Shown here: in pieces, positions 27,574 through 37,256 of the stretch
How the letters are laid out: every line of letters starts with the position of its first letter
How positions within the stretch are numbered: position 1 is the stretch's first letter
Origin: Candidatus Omnitrophota bacterium
GTDB lineage: Bacteria; Omnitrophota; Gorgyraeia; Gygaellales; Profunditerraquicolaceae
NCBI GenBank assembly: GCA_016867115.1
Contig: VGKG01000002.1
Coordinates: forward strand, 70,449 to 134,448
Length of the DNA: 64,000 nucleotides
Reading direction: 5' to 3'
The notes under the pieces: generated by a model
What the model was told of the DNA's origin: nothing
Seen by the model: only the letters and a program-made list of their open reading frames with translations
The model's database searches: none
Program-made: the position numbers and the translations under genes

Positions 27574-28277
27574 CGTTAAAAAGGTTCCTCAAGCGCTTTG
27601 AGAGACTGGAAAATATCCCGCAAGAGAGCCTGCTTAAAGCCGGCCTTAAGATCTCCAAGCGCTTTGAGCGCCTTGAGATCGGAGATAAAAAGATAGAGCT
27701 GACCATCGCCGATACGGTCCTGACCGAAGAGAGCGCGCCCGGCGAGATCGAGTATCACGTGCTCTGTCCGATGTGCGGGGCGGAGAACCACTTTAAGAAC
27801 AGTGTTTGCGTCCTTTGCAAGCGTTCTCTGGAGATAGACGCTTTTTCCGGGAAGAGGCGGGAGCTGGCCCTCTTAAAAAAATGCAGCTGCGGGGCGATCA
27901 ACCAGAAGGAACGCCGGAATTGCTGGATCTGCGGCAAAGACTTCTTCCTGGAAAAGCAGAAAAAACCGCGGGTAGACGCGGAAAATGTAATCATCTTAAA
28001 TATAAACGGCAAAGAATACAAGTCTACTGATACTAATCTTCCTCTGGATATCCGCGCGCTCATGGAGAGGATCCGCAGGGAAGGGTATAAAAAAGAGCTG
28101 ATCGATGCCTGGATTGACGAGCGCAACCGGAAACTGGAAGGGCGCGAGAGTGAGCGGCGCGACCGCATGCAGCAGATCCAGCTTAACCTGGTCATGCGCA
28201 CTATAGGCCTGTTTATTTTTCTGCTGTTCATAATGGCACAGCTGGTAATGTGCTTCCGTTACGGCACGCAGAATTAG
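27570..28277 (+). CDS. Double zinc-ribbon protein with C-terminal TM
   Basis: GTGA overlap start; CPMC/CVLC/CSC/CWIC; repeated KRFERLE. Confidence 0.7.
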   Translation: MTLKRFLKRFERLENIPQESLLKAGLKISKRFERLEIGDKKIELTIADTVLTEESAPGEIEYHVLCPMCGAENHFKNSVCVLCKRSLEIDAFSGKRRELALLKKCSCGAINQKERRNCWICGKDFFLEKQKKPRVDAENVIILNINGKEYKSTDTNLPLDIRALMERIRREGYKKELIDAWIDERNRKLEGRESERRDRMQQIQLNLVMRTIGLFIFLLFIMAQLVMCFRYGTQN

Positions 28278-28291
28278 AAGAGGAGGTAATC

Positions 28292-28684
28292 ATGTCTTCA
28301 GGAGGAAGCGTAATTGCTTTAGAGATCAGGGCGCTGGTGTGCCTGATAAAATCTATCGTGGATCTGGGGATCCAGTATAAGGAACTTGCCTCTATGCGTA
28401 CTGCCGACGGAAAAGTCCATAAAGTCGACCTGGTGATCAAGGATGAGTTCGGCAAAGAGATCGGGTTCGAAAAGACCGAGCAGGGTAATTACCGGATCGT
28501 CTCGGATAGCAGCGGTCTTAATCAGAACCAGATCAGGAAGCAGCAGGAGTTCGTAAAAAAGATCCGCCAGCGATATGCTTATAATAAGGTGGTGGAGGAA
28601 TTAAGGAAGCAGGGCTATACCATTGCCGAGGAAGAAAAGGTCGAGAAGAACACGATTAGATTAGTGGCCAGGAAATGGTCCTAA
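28292..28684 (+). CDS. DUF1257 (Ycf35-like) protein
   Basis: RBS gaggagg; EIGF...YRIVSD, IRQRYAY...GYTI.EE...IRLV. Confidence 0.8.
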   Translation: MSSGGSVIALEIRALVCLIKSIVDLGIQYKELASMRTADGKVHKVDLVIKDEFGKEIGFEKTEQGNYRIVSDSSGLNQNQIRKQQEFVKKIRQRYAYNKVVEELRKQGYTIAEEEKVEKNTIRLVARKWS

Positions 28685-28708
28685 AAATATCCAGCAGAGG
28701 AGACAGAT

Positions 28709-28909
28709 ATGGCCGGAAAACAGGAAGTAGAGATATTCATCTCTGACGACGGAGAATTGAAGGTGCACATCCGCGGGATCAAGGGGCCTTCCTGCGTGGA
28801 TGTTTTAGAGAAGCTTGCCGGCGACGGCGAGATCAAAGAAAAGGTCTTAAGCAGCGAATATTACGAGACCGTGAAAGAGGCCCCTAAAACCAGGATAAAG
28901 AAGCAATAA
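28709..28909 (+). CDS. DUF2997 protein
   Basis: EVEIFISDDGELKV, GIKGPSC, SEYY. Confidence 0.82.
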   Translation: MAGKQEVEIFISDDGELKVHIRGIKGPSCVDVLEKLAGDGEIKEKVLSSEYYETVKEAPKTRIKKQ

Positions 28910-28914
28910 ATTCG

Positions 28915-31605
28915 ATGAACGAAATCCCCACCCGTTATAACCCCAAGGAGACCGAGGATAAATGGTATAAGTTCTGGGAGGAGAAGGGATTCTTTGCGGC
29001 TGGCGCCAATCCTGAAAAGAAACCTTTCTGCATCGTGATACCCCCGCCCAATGTCACCGGTATCCTGCATATGGGGCATGCCCTGAACAATACCATCCAG
29101 GATATCCTTATCCGCTACCACCGCATGAAAGGCGAAGAGTCGCTCTGGATGCCCGGGACAGACCATGCCGGCATCGCCACCCAGAACGTGGTGGAGAAAG
29201 CCTTGGCTAAAGAAGGGCTGAAGCGCCAGGACCTGGGCCGGGAAAAGTTTATCCGGCGGGTCTGGCAGTGGAAGGAGCAATACGGCTCAACGATCATCCG
29301 GCAGCTGAAGAAGCTGGGCGCCTCCTGCGATTGGCAGCGGGAACGTTTTACCATGGATGAGGGGTATTCCTGCGCAGTGATCGAGGTTTTCGTACGCTTA
29401 TACGAAAAAGGGTTGATCTACCGGGGCAGTTACATCATCAACTGGTGCCCGAGATGCCAGACTGCGCTTTCGGATGAAGAGGCGCCGCACCATGAATTAC
29501 AGGGGAATCTCTATTATCTCAGATACCCCTTTAAAGATAATCCGGATGAGTATATCGTGGTAGCGACTACCAGGCCTGAGACTATGCTGGGAGATACCGC
29601 GGTAGCAGTCAATCCTAAAGACAGGCGCTATAAAAAAGCTATCGGTAAGTGCCTGATCTTGCCGTTGATTAACCGCGAGATCAGGGTGATCGCGGATAGT
29701 ATGGTGGACATGGAGTTCGGTACCGGTGCAGTAAAGGTGACTCCGGCGCATGATCCTAATGACTATTGCCTGGCCAAGAAACATAATCTGGAGTTTGTAA
29801 ATGTCATGCATCCGGATGCTTCGATGAACGACGCAGCCGGCGATTACCGGAATATGGACCGTTTTGAAGCGCGCGAGGTGATCCTGGAAGACCTGAAAGA
29901 AAAGGGGCTCCTGGAGAAGGTCGTGCCCCACGTTTTATCCGCCGGCCACTGTTACCGCTGCCACACTATTATTGAACCGTACTTGTCGAAGCAGTGGTTC
30001 GTGAAGATGAAACCGCTGGCAAAACCTGCGATCGATGCGGTGAAAAAGGGCAAGATCAGGTTTCATCCTGGCCGCTGGACCAAGGTGTATCTAAACTGGA
30101 TGGAGAATATCCAGGACTGGTGCATCTCGCGCCAGATCTGGTGGGGGCACCGCCTGCCTGTTTACTACTGTTCAAATTGCATGAAGCAGGCAGACCAGTC
30201 ACCAGGTCAACGGGTCACCGGGTCACCGGTCAAAAACAAAGGCATAATTGTATCCAGATCAAAACCCGAAAAATGCCCGGATTGCGGCTCAAGTGATATT
30301 TACCAGGATGAGGACGTATTGGATACCTGGTTCTCCTCGTGGCTCTGGCCTTTTGCGACCTTTGGCTGGCCTGAGCTTAGCCAAGACTTAAAATATTTCT
30401 ATCCTACTGCTGTCCTGGTCACGGCACCTGAAATCATCTTTTTCTGGGTCGCGCGCATGATCATTGCGGGTTTTGAGTTCATGGGAGATATCCCTTTCCG
30501 TGATGTATATATTCACGGCACGGTGCGCGACATCGAAGGAAAAAAGATGTCCAAGTCACTGGGCAACATTATCGATCCCTTAAGCATTATCGATGAATAC
30601 GGAGCGGATGCCCTACGCTTTAGCCTCATCTCTATTACTGCGCAGGGTCAGGACGTATTCCTCTCCAAGGAGAGATTCGAACAAGGGAGGAACTTTGCCA
30701 ATAAGATCTGGAATGCCTCGCGCTTCATCCTGATGAACCTTGAGCCTGAGCAGGCCAGGGTAGACCTCTGTGACTACTTCCAGAAAGAAAAATTAAGCCT
30801 GGTCAACCGCTGGATATTGAGCAGGTTTTATTCGGCCCTTAAAGGGGTAGACCAGTATCTGGAAACCTTCCGCTTTAACGAGGCGGTAAATACTCTTTAT
30901 AGTTTCTTCTGGCATGAGTTTTGCGACTGGTATCTGGAGCTGATCAAATCCGATATCAAGAGAAATGAGAACCAGGTGGTGATGTATAAGATGCTGGAAA
31001 AATCCCTGCGGCTGATTCAGCCCTTCATGCCCTACATCGCAGAAGAGATCTGGCAGAGGCTTGCGCATGAAGGAGAATCGATCATGGTCCGGCCCTGGCC
31101 GCATGTCCAGGAGCAGCTTATCGATAAGAAGTGCGAAAAAGAGGCTGAGTCCGTCTTTGAGGCAGTCACCGGGATACGTAACCTGCGCACTTCTTTAGAG
31201 ATCAGGCCTGAACAGAGGGTGAAGGTCTCCCTTTATCCTCACGCAAAGGCAAAATCGAAATTACTTAACGAATCATCAGGTTTGATCAAAGACCTGGCGA
31301 GGCTTGAGTCGTTGGAATTCCTCTCTGAAAACAAGAGGCCTGCAGCCTGCGTAAGCGCGGTATCTAAGGATGCCGATATCTACCTGCATTTTAGCGGCCT
31401 CCTGGACCTGGCCGCGGAACAGGAGAAGATCAAAAAAAAGACAACTTCTTTAAGCGCACTGCTTCGGGCAAAAGAGGCGCGGATGAAGAACGCCGAATTT
31501 GTAAAAAAAGCGCCCAAAGAGGTCGTTGAAGGAGAAAAAGAGAGCATAAATAAATTAAACGAAGAGTTATCTCGGCTCCAGAAGATGCACGATGAACTAC
31601 GTTAA
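28915..31605 (+). CDS. valS: Valine-tRNA ligase
   Basis: PPPNVTG, HMGH, DHAGIATQ, DWCISRQ, KMSKS. Confidence 0.98.
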   Translation: MNEIPTRYNPKETEDKWYKFWEEKGFFAAGANPEKKPFCIVIPPPNVTGILHMGHALNNTIQDILIRYHRMKGEESLWMPGTDHAGIATQNVVEKALAKEGLKRQDLGREKFIRRVWQWKEQYGSTIIRQLKKLGASCDWQRERFTMDEGYSCAVIEVFVRLYEKGLIYRGSYIINWCPRCQTALSDEEAPHHELQGNLYYLRYPFKDNPDEYIVVATTRPETMLGDTAVAVNPKDRRYKKAIGKCLILPLINREIRVIADSMVDMEFGTGAVKVTPAHDPNDYCLAKKHNLEFVNVMHPDASMNDAAGDYRNMDRFEAREVILEDLKEKGLLEKVVPHVLSAGHCYRCHTIIEPYLSKQWFVKMKPLAKPAIDAVKKGKIRFHPGRWTKVYLNWMENIQDWCISRQIWWGHRLPVYYCSNCMKQADQSPGQRVTGSPVKNKGIIVSRSKPEKCPDCGSSDIYQDEDVLDTWFSSWLWPFATFGWPELSQDLKYFYPTAVLVTAPEIIFFWVARMIIAGFEFMGDIPFRDVYIHGTVRDIEGKKMSKSLGNIIDPLSIIDEYGADALRFSLISITAQGQDVFLSKERFEQGRNFANKIWNASRFILMNLEPEQARVDLCDYFQKEKLSLVNRWILSRFYSALKGVDQYLETFRFNEAVNTLYSFFWHEFCDWYLELIKSDIKRNENQVVMYKMLEKSLRLIQPFMPYIAEEIWQRLAHEGESIMVRPWPHVQEQLIDKKCEKEAESVFEAVTGIRNLRTSLEIRPEQRVKVSLYPHAKAKSKLLNESSGLIKDLARLESLEFLSENKRPAACVSAVSKDADIYLHFSGLLDLAAEQEKIKKKTTSLSALLRAKEARMKNAEFVKKAPKEVVEGEKESINKLNEELSRLQKMHDELR

Positions 31606-32440
31606 TAATCTCTCCCTCAAAGAAATAGTCAGAATCGCCCTGAAAGAGGATATCGGAACCCGGGATATTACCACACTTTCCCTTATCCCGCGAAACAAGA
31701 AGGTAAAGGCGGTATTCCTGGCAAAAGAAGACCTGGTGGTCTGCGGTCTGCATGTGGCAGCGCTGGTCATCAGTCAGCTGGATAAGGGGGTCAGGTTCCT
31801 GCCCTGTGTACGCGAGGGGGCAGCAGTGAAAAGGGGAAAAGAGATTGCAAGGCTCACCGGAAGAGCGCAGAGCATCTTAAGCGCGGAGCGGGTCAGTCTT
31901 AATTTTTTAAGCCTCCTTTCAGGAATAGCTACGAAGACGCGTAAGTTCGCCCGTGCGGTAAAACCCTACAAAGTCAGGATCCTGGATACCCGCAAGACTA
32001 TCCCCGGCCTGCGCCTCCTTGAGAAATACGCAGTCAGGACCGGCGGCGGGTTTAATCACCGTTATTGCCTGGATGAAATGGTCATGGTCAAAGACAACCA
32101 CCTGAAAGCGATCGGCGGTATCGATAAATTAAAAAAGCTTCCAAAGAATTTCCGTTCGGAGATAGAGGCGAAGGACTTGAAAGAACTAAGGAGCGCGCTT
32201 AAGCTTCATCCTGATATTATAATGCTTGATAATATGAGGATTGCCGATATGCGTAAAGCGGTCAGAATCAGGAACGAATCTGCCCTAGGCAAAATTAATC
32301 CTTTGCCTAAGCTGGAGGCTTCGGGCGGAATAACCCTTCGGAATGTCAAGAAGGTCGCTTCAACCGGCGTAGATTTCATCTCGGTAGGCGGGCTTACCCA
32401 TTCCGTGGATGCCGTAGATATTAGCCTTGAGATCCTCTAA
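31592..32440 (+). CDS. nadC: Nicotinate-nucleotide pyrophosphorylase
   Basis: DTRKTIPG, KDNH, LDNM, EASGG, LTHS. Confidence 0.95.
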   Translation: MNYVNNLSLKEIVRIALKEDIGTRDITTLSLIPRNKKVKAVFLAKEDLVVCGLHVAALVISQLDKGVRFLPCVREGAAVKRGKEIARLTGRAQSILSAERVSLNFLSLLSGIATKTRKFARAVKPYKVRILDTRKTIPGLRLLEKYAVRTGGGFNHRYCLDEMVMVKDNHLKAIGGIDKLKKLPKNFRSEIEAKDLKELRSALKLHPDIIMLDNMRIADMRKAVRIRNESALGKINPLPKLEASGGITLRNVKKVASTGVDFISVGGLTHSVDAVDISLEIL

Positions 32441-32445
32441 AGCCC

Positions 32446-34419
32446 TTGGAAAAGTTCAAACTCGTCTCGAAGTTCAAGCCTTGCGGTGACCAGCCTAGAG
32501 CTATTAGCGAGCTGGCCGAAAGTATCCGCTCCGGGAAAAAGAATATCGTGCTTCTTGGCGTCACCGGTTCGGGCAAAACCTTCACCCTGGCAAATGCTGT
32601 CAGCGAAGTAAACCTTCCGACGCTAGTCATCTCCCACAATAAGACCCTGGCTGCGCAGCTCTATTCGGAATTCAAAGAATTCTTCCCGCATAACGCTGTT
32701 GAGTACTTTGTCAGCTACTACGATTATTACCAGCCCGAAGCCTATATTCCCTCCACCGACACCTATATCGAGAAAGACGCCTCTATCAACGACCGGCTCG
32801 ACCGCCTGCGCCTTTCGGCAACTGCCAGCCTGATGAGCCGCAGGGATGTCTTAATTGTCGCTTCGGTTTCATGTATTTACAACCTTGGCAGCCCCGAAGA
32901 ATATAAAGGGCTGCTGGTTTTTATCGAGAAAGGGCAGTTGATCTCGCGGGATGACCTCATCCGCAGGTTCATCCAGATTCAGTATGAGCGTAATGACTAT
33001 GAGTTTGTGCGGGGGAGGATGCGCGTCAGGGGGGATACCCTGGAGATATTTCCTTCTTATAAAGAGACAGCGCTGCGTATCGAGCTTTCCGGAGACGAGA
33101 TCAGCCGCATCAGTGAAATCAATCCGGTTTCGGCAGAGACGATCAACGTCTTAGAAAAGGTTGCGGTTTATCCTGCGAAGCACTTCATCGTGTCGCAGGA
33201 TGCCATAAAGAACTCCGTGCAATCCATCCGGTGGGAGCTTGAGGACCGGCTGAAGTTCCTGCGCTCCCGGGGGAAGCTCCTTGAGGCCCAGCGCCTTGAA
33301 TCACGCACTACTTATGATCTGGAGATGCTTCAGGAGGCCGGCTACTGCCACGGCATCGAGAACTATTCCCGCCACCTCTCCGGAAGGCCCCCGGGCTCCC
33401 GGCCCTTTTGCCTGATCGATTATTTTCCGGGAGGTTTCCTTACCGTGATTGATGAGTCGCATGTGACGATCCCCCAGATAAGGGGCATGTATGAAGGCGA
33501 TAAAGCCAGGAAAGAGATCCTGGTAGAGTACGGCTTCCGGCTTCCGTCGTGCCTGGATAACCGGCCATTGAAATTCGATGAGTTTAATGAGCTGGCAAAA
33601 CAGACGGTTTATGTCTCAGCCACCCCGGATGAATACGAGATAAAGAAGAGCGATAGCCGGGTTATCGAACAGATCATCCGGCCTACCGGCTTGGTTGACC
33701 CTGAGATCATCGTGAAACCTACCGAAGGCCAGATCGAGGACTTGATCGCAGAGATAAGAATGCGCTCAAAGCGCAACGAACGGGTCCTGGTGACCACCCT
33801 GACCAAGAGGATGGCCGAAGACCTTTCAACTTATTTACAAGAGAGGGGTTTAAGGGTAAAATACCTGCATTCAGAGATCCAGACCATAGAGCGCTCTAAA
33901 ATACTGCGCGAACTAAGGCAGAAGGAGTTTGACGCGCTCATCGGCATAAACCTCTTAAGGGAGGGGCTTGACCTGCCCGAAGTCTCGCTGGTAGCGATCC
34001 TGGATGCGGATAAAGAGGGGTTCCTGCGTTCGGCCACCAGCCTCATCCAGGTAGCCGGAAGGGCAGCGCGAAATATTAACGGTGCGGTGATCATGTATGC
34101 GGATAACCTCACTAACTCCATGAAGAAGGCGATCGCCGAGAGTAACCGCAGAAGAGAGAAGCAGGTAGAGTTTAACGCTAAGAATAAGATCACCCCGCGT
34201 TCGGTGGTGAAGGCGATAAAACAGGGCATAGAGGATTTGGCCGAAGCCGAAGAGTTCGTCGAAGGCCTGACCGGGATAAGCCGGGAAGAGTTTGAATTAA
34301 AGGGCTACATCGCCGAGCTTGAATACGAGATGGAGTTGGCTGCGCGAAACCTGCAGTTTGAAAAGGCAGCGGTGATCAGGGACAGGATAAAGGAGCTGAG
34401 AGTACCTCATGGCTCATAG
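32446..34419 (+). CDS. uvrB: Excinuclease ABC subunit B
   Basis: GVTGSGKT, YYDYYQPEAY, DESH, LREGLDLPEV. Confidence 0.98.
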   Translation: MEKFKLVSKFKPCGDQPRAISELAESIRSGKKNIVLLGVTGSGKTFTLANAVSEVNLPTLVISHNKTLAAQLYSEFKEFFPHNAVEYFVSYYDYYQPEAYIPSTDTYIEKDASINDRLDRLRLSATASLMSRRDVLIVASVSCIYNLGSPEEYKGLLVFIEKGQLISRDDLIRRFIQIQYERNDYEFVRGRMRVRGDTLEIFPSYKETALRIELSGDEISRISEINPVSAETINVLEKVAVYPAKHFIVSQDAIKNSVQSIRWELEDRLKFLRSRGKLLEAQRLESRTTYDLEMLQEAGYCHGIENYSRHLSGRPPGSRPFCLIDYFPGGFLTVIDESHVTIPQIRGMYEGDKARKEILVEYGFRLPSCLDNRPLKFDEFNELAKQTVYVSATPDEYEIKKSDSRVIEQIIRPTGLVDPEIIVKPTEGQIEDLIAEIRMRSKRNERVLVTTLTKRMAEDLSTYLQERGLRVKYLHSEIQTIERSKILRELRQKEFDALIGINLLREGLDLPEVSLVAILDADKEGFLRSATSLIQVAGRAARNINGAVIMYADNLTNSMKKAIAESNRRREKQVEFNAKNKITPRSVVKAIKQGIEDLAEAEEFVEGLTGISREEFELKGYIAELEYEMELAARNLQFEKAAVIRDRIKELRVPHGS

Positions 34420-34446
34420 CGCACAGCTTATAGGAAGAACCAAAAA

Positions 34447-35184
34447 ATGCTTTTAGCGTTCGATATAGGAAATACTAACATCAGTATGGGGGTATTTAAG
34501 GGCAGGCGCCTCATAGCGCGTAAGAGCGTTCCCACAAAGGTGCCTTCCTATGGCAGGATCCTTAAGCCGCTGTTCTCTAAATTTAAAATAGAAGATGTGG
34601 TTATCTGCAGTGTGGTGCCTGACGCTACGAAAAAGCTTAAAAAAGCTCTTGAGGCCGTATTTCCGGGCCGCCCCCTAATAATAGGTAAGGATATCCGCGT
34701 ACCTATAAAGAATCTTTACCGCAAGCCCTCTCAAGTGGGCCAGGACCGGCTGGTGAATGCCTATGCCGCAAGTTTGCTTTTTGGCGCGCCTTTGGTGGTC
34801 GTAGATTTTGGCACGGCAGTCACTTTTGACGTGATCTCTAAGAATAAAGAATACCTGGGCGGTATGATCCTGCCGGGGCCTGGGATCTCGCTTGAAGCCC
34901 TGGCAGAGCGGACTGCTTTACTGCCAAGGATCAAACTTGCCAGGCCGCGGGAGTTTATCGGAAGAGATACTAAAAACAGTATACTTAGCGGAATAATTAT
35001 AGGAATGTCCCTTTTAAGCGATAGCCTGATCTTAAAACTAAGAAAAAGATTCGGCAGCCGCCTTAAGGCAGCAGGTACCGGCGGGGACATCAGCATAATC
35101 GGCAGGTATTCCAGAGAGATAAAGTTTATAGACCATGATCTGACCCTTAAGGGCTTGCAGGTCATATTTGAAAAATGCGTGTAA
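34447..35184 (+). CDS. coaX: Type III pantothenate kinase
   Basis: DIGNT, GQDR, DFGTA, GGMILPG, TGG. Confidence 0.94.
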   Translation: MLLAFDIGNTNISMGVFKGRRLIARKSVPTKVPSYGRILKPLFSKFKIEDVVICSVVPDATKKLKKALEAVFPGRPLIIGKDIRVPIKNLYRKPSQVGQDRLVNAYAASLLFGAPLVVVDFGTAVTFDVISKNKEYLGGMILPGPGISLEALAERTALLPRIKLARPREFIGRDTKNSILSGIIIGMSLLSDSLILKLRKRFGSRLKAAGTGGDISIIGRYSREIKFIDHDLTLKGLQVIFEKCV

Positions 35185-36035
35185 GGGTCCTCAGATCCTT
35201 CTTTGCCATATTGCTCTTTGCGGTCCCCGCCCTTGCCCAGGTGGACGCTGATTTTGAGGATAAAGTACAGAACCTGGAGTGGGTGGCTTACAGCCCGACA
35301 AATTATGATCCTCAGGCAGGCGAATATCCCGGAGAAGGCTCGATCCGCTTTGACCTGGAGACGCTCATCCAGCACGGCTTTACCGGCCTTGTCACTTACG
35401 GCGCTTCCGGCCCCCTGGCAAAGATACCGGAGATCGCCCGCAGTACGGGGTTTCAGGGCGTGATCATGGGTATCTGGGATATCTCTGACAACACGGAGGT
35501 TCAGAATGCCGTTATTGCGGCTGAATATGTAGACGGCTATTGCATGGGTAACGAAGGCTTGAATGTACGCTATGACCTGAAGGAGTTAAATGAAGCGATC
35601 CTGGGACTAAGAGGAACTACGGCAAAACCCGTGACCACTTCCGAACAGATCTTTGATTATACTAATGCCGAAGTCCTTAACCTGGGAGACTGGGTCTTCC
35701 CGAATATCCACCCTTTTTTAAGCGAAGTCAAGATCCCGGAAAAAGCGGTGCGCTGGATAGAGAGCTATTATATGCGCCTCAAAAAGAATGTTGAGCAGGA
35801 CCGGATCATCTTTTTCAAGGAGGTAGGGTTTCCTACGGCCGGGGCCGTTGAGGCAACTGATAAGAATCAGACGCGTTTTTTTCTTGAGATGGAACAGACG
35901 GTCGTGCCATTTACTTATTTTGAGGCCTTTGACCAGCCCTGGAAGAGGCACCTTCCGGTCGAGTCGCATTGGGGGCTTTTTGACAGCCGCCGGCAACCTA
36001 AGAGGTTTATGAAGGCCTACGGAATAAAAAAGTAA
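35175..36035 (+). CDS. Secreted glycoside hydrolase family 17-like protein
   Basis: Signal peptide; GNE, NIHPF, KEVGFPT, FEAFDQPWK, HWGLF. Confidence 0.8.
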   Translation: MRVRVLRSFFAILLFAVPALAQVDADFEDKVQNLEWVAYSPTNYDPQAGEYPGEGSIRFDLETLIQHGFTGLVTYGASGPLAKIPEIARSTGFQGVIMGIWDISDNTEVQNAVIAAEYVDGYCMGNEGLNVRYDLKELNEAILGLRGTTAKPVTTSEQIFDYTNAEVLNLGDWVFPNIHPFLSEVKIPEKAVRWIESYYMRLKKNVEQDRIIFFKEVGFPTAGAVEATDKNQTRFFLEMEQTVVPFTYFEAFDQPWKRHLPVESHWGLFDSRRQPKRFMKAYGIKK

Positions 36036-36054
36036 TCAGAGCAGGAGGGTGGCG

Positions 36055-36276
36055 ATGACAGAAAAGATGATGACCATAATCATGGCCCTGGTGCTGTCTG
36101 CGGTAGTCCTGGTAGCCGCGGTCAACTTTCTTAAATCAAGAAGGTTACCTGAGACCGAAGAGGTAGAATATCAGCAGCCGAAAAAGGAGCAGACATTGCC
36201 GGCTGAGAAGGACAGTGACCGTGACGGAGTGCCGGATTCCCTGGACAGCGAACCTTTTGACCGGAGGAAATTTTAA
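36055..36276 (+). CDS. Small membrane-anchored protein with a Ca-binding DxDxDG (TSP3-like) motif
   Basis: N-terminal TM; DSDRDGVPDSLD. Confidence 0.6.
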   Translation: MTEKMMTIIMALVLSAVVLVAAVNFLKSRRLPETEEVEYQQPKKEQTLPAEKDSDRDGVPDSLDSEPFDRRKF

Positions 36277-36299
36277 GCCTTAACAGCCGCACTTCAGGC

Positions 36300-36336
36300 A
36301 ATAAAAAAGCCCTCATAAATCGAGGGCTTTTTTATT
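36300..36336. terminator. Bidirectional intrinsic terminator
   Basis: ataaaaaagccctc-N7-gagggcttttttat between convergent genes. Confidence 0.8.
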
Positions 36337-36351
36337 TGAAATAAGCGCCTA

Positions 36352-36711
36352 TTATTTTACAGGCGGCTTATCGACTCTGAAACGGTCTCCTTCGGTGCGC
36401 CAGACATAGTCAGGCTTGATGATGGAGTCGTAATTCTTAGGAACCGGGAACGGGAAGGTGACCAGGTCGTACAGGCCGGAAGCGGTCCTGGCGATCCCCC
36501 AGAAAATTCCCTTGAAAAGGCCCACGCTCATGCCGATGACGGCATTATTGCTGGCCTTCCACTCTTCGCCTATACATATAGGCACTTCTAATGCTCCTGA
36601 AAGGGCGTTTGCCGCGCCTCTGCCAAGCTTCTCGCCCGGATTTGAGGCGTACGCGCAAGTTATGAAACCCAAAGCCATTACAACTACTAACAATGCTGCT
36701 ATAAACTTCAT
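36352..36711 (-). CDS. Exosortase system-associated protein (TIGR04073-like)
   Basis: Signal peptide; KLGRGAAN, GLYDLVTFPFP, IIKPDYV; RBS aggaggt. Confidence 0.75.
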   Translation of the reverse strand: MKFIAALLVVVMALGFITCAYASNPGEKLGRGAANALSGALEVPICIGEEWKASNNAVIGMSVGLFKGIFWGIARTASGLYDLVTFPFPVPKNYDSIIKPDYVWRTEGDRFRVDKPPVK

Positions 36712-36796
36712 AGCCACCTCCTTTTGATGAATAACTTTAACACGTAAGAATCTTTTTGTCAATAACTTTATTGACAAAAAGATTTTAAGAAAATCC

Positions 36797-36824
36797 TTGA
36801 CAAAATTTCCAATTCTTTTATAAT
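36797..36824 (+). promoter_or_regulatory. groESL promoter
   Basis: TTGACA-16 bp-TATAAT. Confidence 0.75.
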
Positions 36825-36850
36825 TAGCACTCTTGGGAATAAAGTGCTAA
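36824..36850 (+). promoter_or_regulatory. CIRCE operator (HrcA site)
   Basis: TTAGCACTC-N9-AAGTGCTAA (one mismatch to consensus). Confidence 0.9.
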
Positions 36851-36881
36851 CTTAAACCAACTTTTCAGGGAGGTGCGAAAG

Positions 36882-37172
36882 ATGAACATCCAACCATTGG
36901 GTGACCGCGTGGTGATCAAGCCCCTTGAGGCGGAATCAAAAACCAAGGGCGGGATCGTTTTGCCGGATACTGCCAAGGAAAAACCCCAGGAGGGTAAGGT
37001 GGTAGCTGTAGGCAAGGGCAAAGTGCTTGAGAACGGGACAGTACAGGCGCCGGAAGTCAAAGCCGGGGATAAAGTCCTATACGGGAAATATTCCGGAAAC
37101 GAGATCACTACTGCCGAAGGCGAAGAGCTCCTGATCATGCGCGAAGAGGATGTCCTTGCAATAATAAAATAG
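36882..37172 (+). CDS. groES: Co-chaperonin GroES
   Basis: [22 protein letters not shown]. Confidence 0.97.
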   Translation: MNIQPLGDRVVIKPLEAESKTKGGIVLPDTAKEKPQEGKVVAVGKGKVLENGTVQAPEVKAGDKVLYGKYSGNEITTAEGEELLIMREEDVLAIIK

Positions 37173-37178
37173 AAGTTG

Positions 37179-37230
37179 CGTTAACCGTGAACCGTTAACC
37201 GTAGATATGTTAAACGGTAAACGGTAAACG
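37179..37230. repeat. Inverted heptamer arrays (CGTTAAC-like / GTAAACG)
   Basis: cgttaac cgtgaac cgttaac ... ttaaacg gtaaacg gtaaacg. Confidence 0.7.
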
Positions 37231-37256
37231 TAACTTGTATAAAGGAGGGTGTTGAA

